DNA of 64,000 nucleotides from Christensenella sp. UBA5893 (GTDB lineage Bacteria; Bacillota; Clostridia; Christensenellales; UBA1242): NCBI GenBank assembly GCA_002431905.1, contig DJER01000007.1, positions 15,019 to 79,018 of the forward strand, read 5' to 3'. Shown piece by piece: positions 46,534 to 55,932 of this stretch (position 1 is its first letter; each line of letters starts with the position of its first letter). The notes under the pieces were generated by a model. It saw only the letters and a program-made list of their open reading frames with translations, ran no database searches and was not told where the DNA came from. The position numbers and the translations under genes were made by a program.

Positions 46534-47164
46534 TTTTTTGTTTTTTCTCCTTGTTTGATTTTAATTTTTGATATGCTTTTTGCAATTCCCAAACTATGTT
46601 TAATAGTTGGTTTTTTGTCTTTGTTTCAAAATATGAATATTCATATTCTTGTTTTGGATCATAAGCCATTGGAATATCGTCTTCGTTAATAGTTGTATCT
46701 TCAATAACTTTTTCGGCTTTGTCAGAGCCGTCTTTTAATGTTTTAATGTATTCACGAATTTGTTTAACTGTCATAGTTGGTTTTATGAATTGTTTTTTTA
46801 CAAGTTCGTCTGATGTTTCAGAAGATAGAACTAACAATTCAAACAACTTACTAGGTGAAAAGTCTTTGTAATCATTAAGTAAAACATTTGCACCTTGTAA
46901 AACAAATCTTTCATAACATTGCTTATATCTATTTACTGCTTTTTTATCAAAGCCAAACTTTGCAAGCAACTTGTATGAATTATAATATTCATTGTTTTTT
47001 GCTTTGAAATAACTCTTTTTGCAATAACTCCAAATATCATATATAGTTTTACAAGTTTGGCAAAAGTTTATCTGATTATCTTCGAAACAATCTTGTAATG
47101 CAAGCATTAAAAGATGTAATTCACTATCTTCAAAATCTAAATCACTTTTTATAAATTCTTCCAT
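46526..47164 (-). CDS. Prophage hypothetical protein (212 aa)
   Basis: AGGAGAAAAA RBS. No motif recognised. Confidence 0.55.
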   Translation of the reverse strand: MEEFIKSDLDFEDSELHLLMLALQDCFEDNQINFCQTCKTIYDIWSYCKKSYFKAKNNEYYNSYKLLAKFGFDKKAVNRYKQCYERFVLQGANVLLNDYKDFSPSKLFELLVLSSETSDELVKKQFIKPTMTVKQIREYIKTLKDGSDKAEKVIEDTTINEDDIPMAYDPKQEYEYSYFETKTKNQLLNIVWELQKAYQKLKSNKEKKQKND

Positions 47165-47231
47165 TTTTTCTCCTATTAAATTTTTTATTAAAACTATTGA
47201 TTTTAAGATTATATTGTTATATAATTACATC

Positions 47232-47335
47232 GAAAGTTGAGTGAAAAGGAATTTATTCCCAATTCGTAATATGTGTTGTAATTTATTTACATTGAACATT
47301 CTTTCGGAGAAGATAAGCAATTATCTTCTTTTTTT
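47232..47335 (+). ncRNA. Candidate ~105-nt sRNA antisense to the phage operon (promoter TTGATT-17-TATAAT at 47197-47225)
   Basis: Near-consensus promoter. 9-bp terminator stem AGAAGATAA/TTATCTTCT with a GCAA tetraloop and T-run (47308-47335). Internal GGAA-TTTA-TTCC hairpin. No RBS-preceded ORF. Confidence 0.4.
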
Positions 47336-47641
47336 ATTGTCATTTGAAATTATGTAATCAATAATACTTTTATCTTTACTGTGTATTCTGTGCTTTTTAT
47401 ATTCAGTTTTACTACGATATGTATTGTATTTTTGATTTTCAACTTTTGTTTTTACATAACAATCTCTTTTGTCATTTGGGTCAATGTTATAATGCAATTT
47501 TTTCTTTTCGGCTTTATCTTTTGAGTTATGAGTGAAGCCTAAAGATTTTACATATGCTTTCCTTTGTCTGTAAGCATAAGAAACATGTCCGGTTTGTTTA
47601 TTCATAACAAAGCCCCTAATTTGTTTAATCTTCTTTGCCAA
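47321..47641 (-). CDS. Prophage small basic protein (106 aa), distant paralog of 56020..56427
   Basis: K/R-rich. Shares the pattern L-x-Y/G-x-(I)-(D)-P..K..Y.K ... HSKD..I.D.I with the 135-aa protein. Confidence 0.5.
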   Translation of the reverse strand: MAKKIKQIRGFVMNKQTGHVSYAYRQRKAYVKSLGFTHNSKDKAEKKKLHYNIDPNDKRDCYVKTKVENQKYNTYRSKTEYKKHRIHSKDKSIIDYIISNDNKKRR

Positions 47642-47652
47642 TATTTTCTCCT

Positions 47653-48639
47653 TTAAAAAATATTATTTATCTCTTCAATTTCTTTTTGTGATAAAGGAAT
47701 AAAACCTTTATCAATACAATTTTTGACACTATTGTCTTCCCAATATTGCAAAATATTATGTTCTTCATTGTAGTTAGCAAAATCAGCATTTTGAAAATGT
47801 GGGTTATTAGACATAATGTCTTTTATATTTTTTGGTGTGTCAAAATCTGCACCTATAAGTCTATTTACAATGGTCGGAATATTAAGATTTTTAGAATAAA
47901 AAAATCTTTTCTTAAATATCTCTGTCGACTTTCCTATATCTTTATTTATATACTTTTTAACATAACTATTACATCTTTCACGACTTGCAATTCTTGTTAC
48001 CGTTGTTAGTCCATATGGAAATGTTGTTACATTGTATACGGCTAGTCCGTCAGTATCTTGTAATTCATGTTCGCTTTTAGTCCTTTCAAAGAACTCACGG
48101 CTTGCTATTTTATTTTTATAGTAAGCCCACGAACAACAAACTTTTCCAGAATTTACAAGTCCAAGTTGTTTTGGTGTAAGTCCTGCAATAAGCAAATGAA
48201 AATGTATACAACCGTCTTCGTGTCTTTCGAGAACAGTTAGATATTTAAAACTAGGGAATTGGTGTTTTACATTGTTAATATATTTTACATAAGCATTGTA
48301 AATTAACTCGTCGTTTGTTCTATCTATCTTTTCTTTATCAAAGGTAAGTGTAGCGAACCAATCAAAATCATTCATTTCAAGAAGCATATTCATTAAAATT
48401 TTTGTTCTTCTTAGTGAACTTGCAAGCGAATTTTGAACATCACTTTTTTTATAATAATTAAGTTCGCCGGTTTCCAAATCTAATTTATATCTTATTCCGT
48501 CCAAATCGTATGGTCGACTTTTCTTTTCTGCTTGTTTCTTATTTGATTTAAAATATAAAGAAGTTAAAGTCTTATCTCTAAATATTCTATCTTTTTGAAA
48601 CAAGTAATAGGCAGTTTTTTGTTCTTCTTTATCTTTCAT
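47653..48639 (-). CDS. Rolling-circle replication initiator (HUH endonuclease)
   Basis: Start set at MKDKEEQ behind GGGAG. Motif 1 FATLTF, HUH motif CIHFHLLIAG, Tyr motif SYVKKYINKD. Confidence 0.8.
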   Translation of the reverse strand: MKDKEEQKTAYYLFQKDRIFRDKTLTSLYFKSNKKQAEKKSRPYDLDGIRYKLDLETGELNYYKKSDVQNSLASSLRRTKILMNMLLEMNDFDWFATLTFDKEKIDRTNDELIYNAYVKYINNVKHQFPSFKYLTVLERHEDGCIHFHLLIAGLTPKQLGLVNSGKVCCSWAYYKNKIASREFFERTKSEHELQDTDGLAVYNVTTFPYGLTTVTRIASRERCNSYVKKYINKDIGKSTEIFKKRFFYSKNLNIPTIVNRLIGADFDTPKNIKDIMSNNPHFQNADFANYNEEHNILQYWEDNSVKNCIDKGFIPLSQKEIEEINNIF

Positions 48640-48855
48640 AAAAACTCCCATTTTATTTTTTATTCCGTTGAGTGTTACTATTGTCAAGTAGAGTAACACT
48701 CTCGCACGGGGCACGGGTAAACCCTTGGCCCCAGTGCGAAAATGCTATCGTTAGACTACTTGCTTTCTTTTCTTGGGCTCTGCCCAAACCCGCAAGGAAC
48801 TAGTCCCTTGACCCGTTTATCACTCGCCGTTAGGCAACCAAACCCCGAAACAATG
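48640..48855. other. GC-rich hairpin-dense intergenic region: candidate replication origin / packaging signal
   Basis: Perfect 10-bp stem at 48670-48701 (GAGTGTTACT/AGTAACACTC). Stem CGCACGGGGC/GCCCC(A)GTGCG at 48703-48738. CAAGG/CCTTG around ACTAGT at 48793-48810. Locally much more GC-rich than its surroundings. Confidence 0.5.
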
Positions 48856-49281
48856 TTATTGTTCGTGGTTTGTGTCGCAAGAGTTTAGTTCGCTTGTGCC
48901 ATTGTCAAGGGCAGAAGTGCTATCGCACTCGTTGATTTTTTGTTCCAAAAAATAATCTGCTTTTTCCTTGACAATTTCACTTCGCTTTTTGTGTGAAAAC
49001 AACTTTTTGAAGAATAAAGCAAGTTTGTTTTTTGGTTTGTCTTTGGTTGCTTTTTCTTCTTGTGTTTTCAGTTTTAATTTTCGTTTTAAGTCTTTCTGAT
49101 ACTTGTAGTCTTCTTTGTCTATCTTACGAAAGGCTTTTTTCATATTCTTGTAAATGTATTTATGTATTTTATTATTAAACTTTTCTGGAACATAGTCGGC
49201 AGTGTCTAGGGTGTGAGAAAAGGTTTCATAATACTTGTCTAGGGTTTTGTTTATAAGTTTGTTTTTATTAAAATTTATCAA
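48856..49281 (-). CDS. Prophage hypothetical K-rich protein (141 aa)
   Basis: TTG start overlapping the stop of the upstream gene (GTTGATAA). Confidence 0.5.
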   Translation of the reverse strand: MINFNKNKLINKTLDKYYETFSHTLDTADYVPEKFNNKIHKYIYKNMKKAFRKIDKEDYKYQKDLKRKLKLKTQEEKATKDKPKNKLALFFKKLFSHKKRSEIVKEKADYFLEQKINECDSTSALDNGTSELNSCDTNHEQ

Positions 49282-50096
49282 CTTGCTTTTCTCCTTTGAT
49301 AATAATTTTCGGGCAATTCGTCGTCCATTTCTTGTAAATATTGTTTATAGCCTTGCAATGTTTCTTCCGTGTCTTTGCTTTCGTTGTAGTCTATGTCTTC
49401 GTCAAAGTGGTTTTCATAAAACTTTGGCTTACAATTTTGACTATCATAACACTCAAATACATTGTAGTTTGCTGTTACTGTTTCTTCGGTATAGCACTCT
49501 TTATCTTTCTTGCCACTTGCCATATATCTGTCAAATAGGCTACTGTTTTCAATCTTTCTAATTTTCCAAGTCAAACTTTTAACTTTGCTATATTCGTCAT
49601 AATCTATATTAAGTTTTACAATTTCAATAAACTGTGCTAGTTCTCGAATATTCACATCAATTAGCATTGGTCTTTGTGTGTCTAGGAATATGTCCAAATT
49701 GTTATGCCCGTGTTGTTCATACCAACGACTTTGCCATTCGGGGAAATACATTGACATACGGCTATTCAAATACTTTTGGACTTCCGTTATGCCGATACAT
49801 TCATAGGGTAAGTTGAAGTGTGTTTTTACAAACTTATTTGCAAAGCCTAGTCTATATGGGTTTATTCTACGGCTAAATCTTGGACTATACCCAAACTTTT
49901 TAAATTTGCAGTCATAGTTGGATGAAACACAATGTAAGGGTATAGTCTTAATATTTGTAAAGCCGTTTTGCACTTTGCTTGATAATTCTGCTTGCATTTG
50001 TCTATTTCGTTGTCTATTGAATGCTTGGACATTAAGACAATGCGTCATAAAGCAAGTTTTACCAGTTCGTGGTGGTGCAAAAATTATGGTTATCAT
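49278..50096 (-). CDS. Zot/pI-like P-loop morphogenesis ATPase
   Basis: Walker A at the extreme N-terminus (MITIIFAPPRTGKTCFMTH), ~270 aa. Sits after the large membrane proteins and before IG+Rep, as gene I does in Ff. Confidence 0.65.
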   Translation of the reverse strand: MITIIFAPPRTGKTCFMTHCLNVQAFNRQRNRQMQAELSSKVQNGFTNIKTIPLHCVSSNYDCKFKKFGYSPRFSRRINPYRLGFANKFVKTHFNLPYECIGITEVQKYLNSRMSMYFPEWQSRWYEQHGHNNLDIFLDTQRPMLIDVNIRELAQFIEIVKLNIDYDEYSKVKSLTWKIRKIENSSLFDRYMASGKKDKECYTEETVTANYNVFECYDSQNCKPKFYENHFDEDIDYNESKDTEETLQGYKQYLQEMDDELPENYYQRRKAS

Positions 50097-50098
50097 AT

Positions 50099-52384
50099 TT
50101 ATTTAACACCAAGTTCTTCATGAGACTCATACGTTAATACATAGTCTTTAGATGCAATAACCTTGCCAGTATCACTATCTAAAATAGTCTTGGTATAAAC
50201 CCAAGTGTTATTTGTTTGATTATATACTAAAGTAAATTTCATTATTTTTGTATTTCTTGAAGATACATCAATATAAATACCATTATTTGTATATAATTTT
50301 CTACCACGAAAATATGAATATGTAAGGTATGTATCTGATACTGTTGCAGACTCACTATTTGAGTCAATAACTAGGTACGCATCCTCATTATCTATAGTGC
50401 CTTTATATTTACCGGCATAAGACCTTGTATATCTTGCTGTAAATACACAGTCGCTTGTTATGCTCATATCTGATATATTTGTTGTCAAATAATCGTCACG
50501 AGTATCATATGACCAACCCAAAAATTTTAAGTTATTTCTGCTAGTTGGGGTTGGAGCAGATATAATTTTCTCTCCCTTTTTAATTTCTTGAATTCCTAAC
50601 AATGTATCTCCGTCATAGAACTTACAAGTAAATACAACCTTGTTAAAATTTGCCCAAAGTGTTACATCTTTAGTGACTACATAAGTAGATAAATCTATAG
50701 AACCAAAGCCATAAGGTAAAGACCAATAAGCAAATTCATAATTATCTTTTTTAGGTACAATGTCAAATTCTCCAATCACATTACCATATTCAATTGTTTT
50801 AGTCCCAATATTGGTTCCATCTACCGAAAAAATTACAGTAAAAGTTTGAATTTTAAATATAGCATTAAAGATGGAATTTTCGGTTATTTTATATTGCGAA
50901 ATATCTATAGTGTCGACACCATTTAAAGACCAACCAATAAAATTATAATGTTCTTTCGTTGGTTCATTTGGAGCAATTGCATAGTTATTTTTGGCTACTA
51001 TTTGACTATCTAAAACATTGTCTTCAACTTTAAATTTAACATCATACTTGTATGTTATATCTGCAACAAAAGTTGTATTAGTAACAATTTTATAAGTAGA
51101 TAAATCAATTTTAGAACCATTTACAGTCCAACCATTGAAGATTTTATAATCGGTACTTTCTATAGTTGGAGCATTAGCGATATCTCCATTTCTAATAGTT
51201 TGAGTAGATTTTGTTTCATTTTCGTAAACGAAAGTAACTGTATGAAGTTTAGTAAATACCGCAGTATAAGTTACATTTTGTGTAACTTGTTTAGATGTAA
51301 TATCAGATATAACATCAACACCATTCAGAGACCAACCGTCAAACTCGTAACCGTCTTTTGTTGGGTTAGTAGGAACAGTTGCACAGTTATTTTTGGTAAT
51401 AATTTGACTATTGTAAATTGTATCGTCAACTTTGAATTTGACATCATATTTGTATGTAACATCTGCAACAATTTTTGTGTTGGTAGTTATTGTATAAGTA
51501 GATAAATCTATTGCAGAGCCGTTTACAGTCCAACCATTGAATATTTTGTAAGTAGTGCTTGTTGGAATTGTTACAGAGAGTTTAGAGCCTTTGTTTACAA
51601 TTTGAATATTGTAAACACTTCCGTCATACTCGAATGTCGCAACTATTTGTTCGCCATTTTTAAGTTGGGCAATATAACTTTCATAGTAAGTTACACTTGC
51701 TTGTAGTTCGCTGATTTTGTTATTAAGAGCATTGATTTGACCTTGTGAATTTTGAGATTGTAAAGTCATATCACTTATTTGTGTATTAAGATTAGCAATT
51801 TGCGTATTCAAACTTCTAATAGTAGCAACATTCATATCGTTGGTAGTTTGTAGTTGTGAAACAGTGTTTTGTAATGTTGTTATTTGGTTATTTAATGTTG
51901 TGATTTGCTCGCTTTTATCTTCGCCACTATTGGTAAGATTTGTAACTTGTTTTTGTAAATCTGTAATTTGATTATTCAAACTCGCAATTGTAGTTTCATT
52001 GTTTGTTTTGATTGTAGTAAGATTATCTACTTGTGTTTCAAGACTAGATTTTTGTGTGTTCAACTTGTCAATTTGATTTGAATAATCTTTATTGTTATTT
52101 TGAAGAACTGTAACTTGTGAATTAAGTTGTGAGATATTATCATTTAATGTTGTGATTGTATCTCTATAACTTGCAATAAGTTTTGTATATTCTTCTTTAT
52201 CTGTTAGGGCGGTATTATAACCGTCTTCGTAAGATTTGTTTATATCTTCTTTGGTATAAACCCCGGTTCCAGACATTCCGTCCTTTACTTTATTGAAGTT
52301 TATAATTCCCCAAGAAAGAACAAAAACAAATGCACCAACAAAGAGTAGGCTAAATATAATACCTAAAACTTTTTTTGTTTCCAT
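50099..52384 (-). CDS. Membrane-anchored coiled-coil protein with Listeria-Bacteroides-type (Flg_new) repeats; candidate receptor-binding protein
   Basis: Start set at METKKVL. N-terminal TM helix. ~200-aa N/Q/T/L heptad region (LNNQITDLQKQVTNL...). At least 5 repeats with the Y-x-F-x-GW...A-x-F signature (YKIFNGWTVNGS, YEFDGWSLNG, YNFIGWSLNG, YEFAYWSL, LKFLGWSY). Confidence 0.6.
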   Translation of the reverse strand: METKKVLGIIFSLLFVGAFVFVLSWGIINFNKVKDGMSGTGVYTKEDINKSYEDGYNTALTDKEEYTKLIASYRDTITTLNDNISQLNSQVTVLQNNNKDYSNQIDKLNTQKSSLETQVDNLTTIKTNNETTIASLNNQITDLQKQVTNLTNSGEDKSEQITTLNNQITTLQNTVSQLQTTNDMNVATIRSLNTQIANLNTQISDMTLQSQNSQGQINALNNKISELQASVTYYESYIAQLKNGEQIVATFEYDGSVYNIQIVNKGSKLSVTIPTSTTYKIFNGWTVNGSAIDLSTYTITTNTKIVADVTYKYDVKFKVDDTIYNSQIITKNNCATVPTNPTKDGYEFDGWSLNGVDVISDITSKQVTQNVTYTAVFTKLHTVTFVYENETKSTQTIRNGDIANAPTIESTDYKIFNGWTVNGSKIDLSTYKIVTNTTFVADITYKYDVKFKVEDNVLDSQIVAKNNYAIAPNEPTKEHYNFIGWSLNGVDTIDISQYKITENSIFNAIFKIQTFTVIFSVDGTNIGTKTIEYGNVIGEFDIVPKKDNYEFAYWSLPYGFGSIDLSTYVVTKDVTLWANFNKVVFTCKFYDGDTLLGIQEIKKGEKIISAPTPTSRNNLKFLGWSYDTRDDYLTTNISDMSITSDCVFTARYTRSYAGKYKGTIDNEDAYLVIDSNSESATVSDTYLTYSYFRGRKLYTNNGIYIDVSSRNTKIMKFTLVYNQTNNTWVYTKTILDSDTGKVIASKDYVLTYESHEELGVK

Positions 52385-52394
52385 AATTTCTCTT

Positions 52395-52907
52395 TTATAA
52401 AATTTCAACAACCCTTAATCTAATGCCGTTATCTTTGAAATATTGTTCAAAGAAACTTGCATTTTTGTTACCTTTTGTTGTCAAGGTTAATTGTGTTTTG
52501 TTGCTTAAAAACTTGATAGACATCTGCATTGTTGCGGGGCAAACTATTTCTCCGTCAGTGTTGTAAAAGTCAATTGAAATAGTAGAGAAGATAGAGCCAG
52601 CCTTAATATCGCAATTAGTCAATACATAGTTGTTAAGAACAATCTTGTATTCTTTATCAGTTCCGTTAAAGTCTTCAACTTTTAACAAGTCTTTTTTAAA
52701 AGAATATGTGTCTGTATCGTCATAAGTATCATGATAAAACACTACACTTGGGTCAGAATAAAAGAAACTTTCTTGACTAAACTTATTAGAAATATCTATT
52801 GTGCCATTTACATAACTTTCAGCCTTAACTTCTTTGAATAACTGAATACCGCAAAATGTGCCTACAACGATTAAAATAAAGCAAATTACATAAGAATACC
52901 ATTTCAT
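52395..52907 (-). CDS. Prophage N-terminally anchored protein (170 aa)
   Basis: TM helix VICFILIVVGTFCGIQLF. 4-nt overlap with the upstream gene. Confidence 0.55.
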   Translation of the reverse strand: MKWYSYVICFILIVVGTFCGIQLFKEVKAESYVNGTIDISNKFSQESFFYSDPSVVFYHDTYDDTDTYSFKKDLLKVEDFNGTDKEYKIVLNNYVLTNCDIKAGSIFSTISIDFYNTDGEIVCPATMQMSIKFLSNKTQLTLTTKGNKNASFFEQYFKDNGIRLRVVEIL

Positions 52908-54292
52908 AGAACCACCCCCGTATATTCGTTATTTGTGGCATTAGAGCCAAAATCAAATGTTATTCCACTAGAATATTTAAGTGTTTGTAAATTAGTGTTA
53001 TACAATGATTTTTCTAGTAAATAGAATGTTTGGCTTTCGCCAGTAATTGTCAAAGTATCAATTTCAAAATCTTCTAGTCCGTTATAATCGAAACCGACAA
53101 TGTTAATTTTGTTATCTACCAAATATTTTGATTGTAAGTTTATGGTTATATTGACTTTTGCTCTTGGCATATCTGCAAACATCTTTTTAGTGTCTAAATT
53201 AAGACTAGCAAAATATCCCTTGTAAACATCACTATAACGATAAGTAAAGTCTTTTTCAGATAATGTGTAAAGCATTCTTTCTTGCCAGTAAGTAGTGTCT
53301 ATTTTGTCTTCTTTCAAGTCATATTTAGGACTATTTTCAATAATACCGAACATAGATTGAGTGCTATTCCTTGCACCGTTTTCACTCTTTGTAAATTTCA
53401 TAACAGCATAGTTTTTAATGACATCTGTAACATTATCTTCTTTATATTTTTTAGTTGTAAGGTCGTATTCTTTTATCGAGAATAAAGAACTTAAATCTAC
53501 TGTTATATAAAATGTTCCATTTCCAGCACTTTGAATTTTTGTTGCTTGTAAACATGATTGAAAAAGACTGCCATAGGTGTAATAATAACGGTTGTATTTT
53601 TCGCCAACTTTCCAACCTATACCAAAGATATTTCTAACATCTCCAACATCTTTGTCAAAGAATTTGTCAAGTCTAAGTTCAAAAGCCCTATTATCTATTT
53701 TTACGATAAAGCCAGTAGTTCTTTTTAATTCTGTTGCAATACTACCATTGTTATTGGTTATACCATTAAAATTGACACCATTTATTGAGTCATAGTAATA
53801 GAAGTTTGGGTCAACATAATTGTTGGCTATTGCAACACATTCGTCAGAAGTTCCATAATATCTATCGTTATTGCCTAATAATTTCATAAAACTAACTTCG
53901 CTATTTCCATCCCAAGTGTCTAGTGGAAGTCCCTTGTAATTACCGATATATTGCATACCAGTAGAACGATAAGCAGAAGAAGTCAAAGAATAATCTGTAA
54001 AATAATTAAGTTTTAACTCTTGCAGTTCGATACCGTTCTTTTTCTCGTTGCTATAATAGTTTACTTCTAGAAAATATCTGTCTTCTAGTTCGTTTCTTTC
54101 TTCTTCGGTTATAGTTGTGTCATTTTTTAATTTATCTCCAATGTCCAAACCTACTTGGTTGTCCACATAATTGACACCCATTGTTGTATCTTTCACAAAA
54201 AAGTGATAATAACCAAAAGCAATAGAAACGCAAACCGCTATAACTGCAAGAAACACTAAACGACAATTGCCTATAACTTTTAATGTTTTCAT
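52904..54292 (-). CDS. Prophage N-terminally anchored protein (462 aa), minor-coat/adsorption-protein position
   Basis: TM helix LVFLAVIAVCVSIAFGYY. GGAGAAATAATG RBS. First gene after the coat-gene terminator. Confidence 0.55.
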   Translation of the reverse strand: MKTLKVIGNCRLVFLAVIAVCVSIAFGYYHFFVKDTTMGVNYVDNQVGLDIGDKLKNDTTITEEERNELEDRYFLEVNYYSNEKKNGIELQELKLNYFTDYSLTSSAYRSTGMQYIGNYKGLPLDTWDGNSEVSFMKLLGNNDRYYGTSDECVAIANNYVDPNFYYYDSINGVNFNGITNNNGSIATELKRTTGFIVKIDNRAFELRLDKFFDKDVGDVRNIFGIGWKVGEKYNRYYYTYGSLFQSCLQATKIQSAGNGTFYITVDLSSLFSIKEYDLTTKKYKEDNVTDVIKNYAVMKFTKSENGARNSTQSMFGIIENSPKYDLKEDKIDTTYWQERMLYTLSEKDFTYRYSDVYKGYFASLNLDTKKMFADMPRAKVNITINLQSKYLVDNKINIVGFDYNGLEDFEIDTLTITGESQTFYLLEKSLYNTNLQTLKYSSGITFDFGSNATNNEYTGVVL

Positions 54293-54314
54293 TATTTCTC
54301 CTTTCTTAAAAATT

Positions 54315-54358
54315 TATAAAATAAAAAGCACCAAGTAGGGTTGTCCTAAATAGTGCTT
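54315..54358 (-). terminator. Intrinsic terminator directly after the tiny hydrophobic-protein genes
   Basis: AAAGCAC/GTGCTTT stem (54324-54358) followed, on the minus strand, by TTTTATTTT. Confidence 0.55.
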
Positions 54359-54364
54359 TTTTAA

Positions 54365-54523
54365 TTACACAATTCCATTCCAACCGAAAATATTTAATAT
54401 TTTTGCTAGCCATTCAAATGCCTTGCTTATGTAATAAAAAATTTTAGATAGAATGGATAATGGAAATGTTCCAAACAACACTACTAAAACAACTATTAAA
54501 ATAATTAGTAATATTTTCTTCAT
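54365..54523 (-). CDS. Tiny hydrophobic protein (52 aa), coat-protein candidate; below the ORF-track cutoff
   Basis: Own translation: MKKILLIILIVVLVVLFGTFPLSILSKIFYYISKAFEWLAKILNIFGWNGIV. AAAGGAA RBS 7 nt upstream. Confidence 0.5.
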   Translation of the reverse strand: MKKILLIILIVVLVVLFGTFPLSILSKIFYYISKAFEWLAKILNIFGWNGIV

Positions 54524-54536
54524 AGAACAATTCCTT

Positions 54537-54731
54537 TTAAATTATTGGTTTAATCATTGTGAGTGCTTCTGTACTTACATCAACAGCCGGTTTTGTTCCA
54601 AACCAATTAACAATTTGTTGTCCAAATGTTACACCGTTAATTGCACAGCCAATTCCAACTGTTATACAGAATATCGCAACTGCACATATCATACCTAAAA
54701 GCACTAACATAATCTTTTGAAATGTTGTCAA
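54537..54731 (-). CDS. Tiny hydrophobic protein (64 aa), coat-protein candidate
   Basis: TTG start behind AAGGAG. TM helix IMLVLLGMICAVAIFCITVGIGCAI. Confidence 0.5.
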   Translation of the reverse strand: MTTFQKIMLVLLGMICAVAIFCITVGIGCAINGVTFGQQIVNWFGTKPAVDVSTEALTMIKPII

Positions 54732-54745
54732 AATTTTTCTCCTTT

Positions 54746-55060
54746 TTATTTATTTTCTTTGAGTTCTGCTGATACGGGTTTTGCACCAAAGTTAGATACT
54801 TCATATTTTACAATTACAGGTGAGTATGCCTTAACTTTATCGAATACTTGTCTGTCAACTTTATATTCCAACACTGTTGAGTTTAAAAACCCGGCATCAG
54901 TTTTAAAATCTTCGCCACTAACACATTTTAAAATGTATCTGTCCGGTTGAGCATTAACGATACGACCGTCCGAAGCCTTAAATTCTTCTGTTGCTCCTTT
55001 AAAGATTTTTTCCAAAACTATTCCATCTTCTTTAATCATTCTTTTAACATTATTTGCCAT
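54746..55060 (-). CDS. Small soluble protein (104 aa) in the gpV (ssDNA-binding protein) position
   Basis: AAGGAGAATAAAAAATG RBS. Beta-rich, no TM helix. The assignment is by position and size only. Confidence 0.35.
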   Translation of the reverse strand: MANNVKRMIKEDGIVLEKIFKGATEEFKASDGRIVNAQPDRYILKCVSGEDFKTDAGFLNSTVLEYKVDRQVFDKVKAYSPVIVKYEVSNFGAKPVSAELKENK

Positions 55061-55339
55061 TTTTTATTCTCCTTAATTTATATTTTCTATTGGCTTAATT
55101 AAACTAAACTAAACTGAACTTAATTCAAAGTTCGCTACAAAAAGGTTTTTAAAGCAGTTTGCCTTACTGCTAATCAACTTAAACTATTGATTATGTGCCT
55201 ACTACTATTTTCATAGGACTTACAGTTTTGTTATTAAATTGTTTGTCGAATAACACCAAATGCAATTTGGTGACGACGTCGACACTTTTTTGTTGGAATT
55301 ATACAATTTATAATGTATAATTTGTTTTGGAAATATATT

Positions 55340-55630
55340 ATGTTTGATATTACAAATAGAGTGAAAGATGAAAAACATTTTGCTAAAACAATAACTGCAA
55401 AATACAAAATGTCTAACACTAAACATAAAGATTTTGTTAATATTGTTTTACTTGATATTCAAGAAGTAAAACAATTTTTTGATATTAAAGAACTTTCTAA
55501 TCAATTACAATTACTAGATTTTTATTTCGTTGTTTTAAAGGACAATCCTGAATATATTGGTATAGTTAAAAACAATGAAACAAGAAGAATTGAAATAGGG
55601 AAAGTATTGAAAATTAAGGAATATTTATAA
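55340..55630 (+). CDS. Prophage plus-strand hypothetical protein (possible regulator)
   Basis: Promoter-like TTGGAA-17-TATAAT ending at 55316. Start at MFDITN is uncertain because the RBS is weak. Confidence 0.35.
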   Translation: MFDITNRVKDEKHFAKTITAKYKMSNTKHKDFVNIVLLDIQEVKQFFDIKELSNQLQLLDFYFVVLKDNPEYIGIVKNNETRRIEIGKVLKIKEYL

Positions 55631-55904
55631 CCTTAACAAAACTATGTAGTTTTTTATTATTGTCTAAATAATAGAATGAAAATATATTTTTATCAATGTG
55701 CCTTACTTCCATAGTTCCAAATGGACTATTAAGTAAAGACTTTTTTATTCTATATATCCTTTGATATTCAGTTTTCAAAATATCTTTTTTCTTAACATAT
55801 TCTAATTTGCTTTCATCAATTTCAATATCTAAATAGTATTTATTTTCTATCTTAATTATCTCATTCATAATTTCTCCATTTTGTTTGTCATAAAGGGTTG
55901 ACAT
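55614..55904 (-). CDS. Prophage hypothetical protein (96 aa)
   Basis: ORF with an ATG start. No motif recognised. Confidence 0.4.
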   Translation of the reverse strand: MSTLYDKQNGEIMNEIIKIENKYYLDIEIDESKLEYVKKKDILKTEYQRIYRIKKSLLNSPFGTMEVRHIDKNIFSFYYLDNNKKLHSFVKVINIP

Positions 55905-55932
55905 TTATATTTGAATAATATATAATGTAATC

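Noticed and set aside
23102-52411. Two track ORFs of exactly 770 aa (23102..25414 and 50099..52411) as possible paralogs
   Set aside because: The sequences are unrelated: one is a polytopic membrane protein, the other a coiled-coil and repeat protein. The equal length is coincidence, and the second probably starts at 52384.
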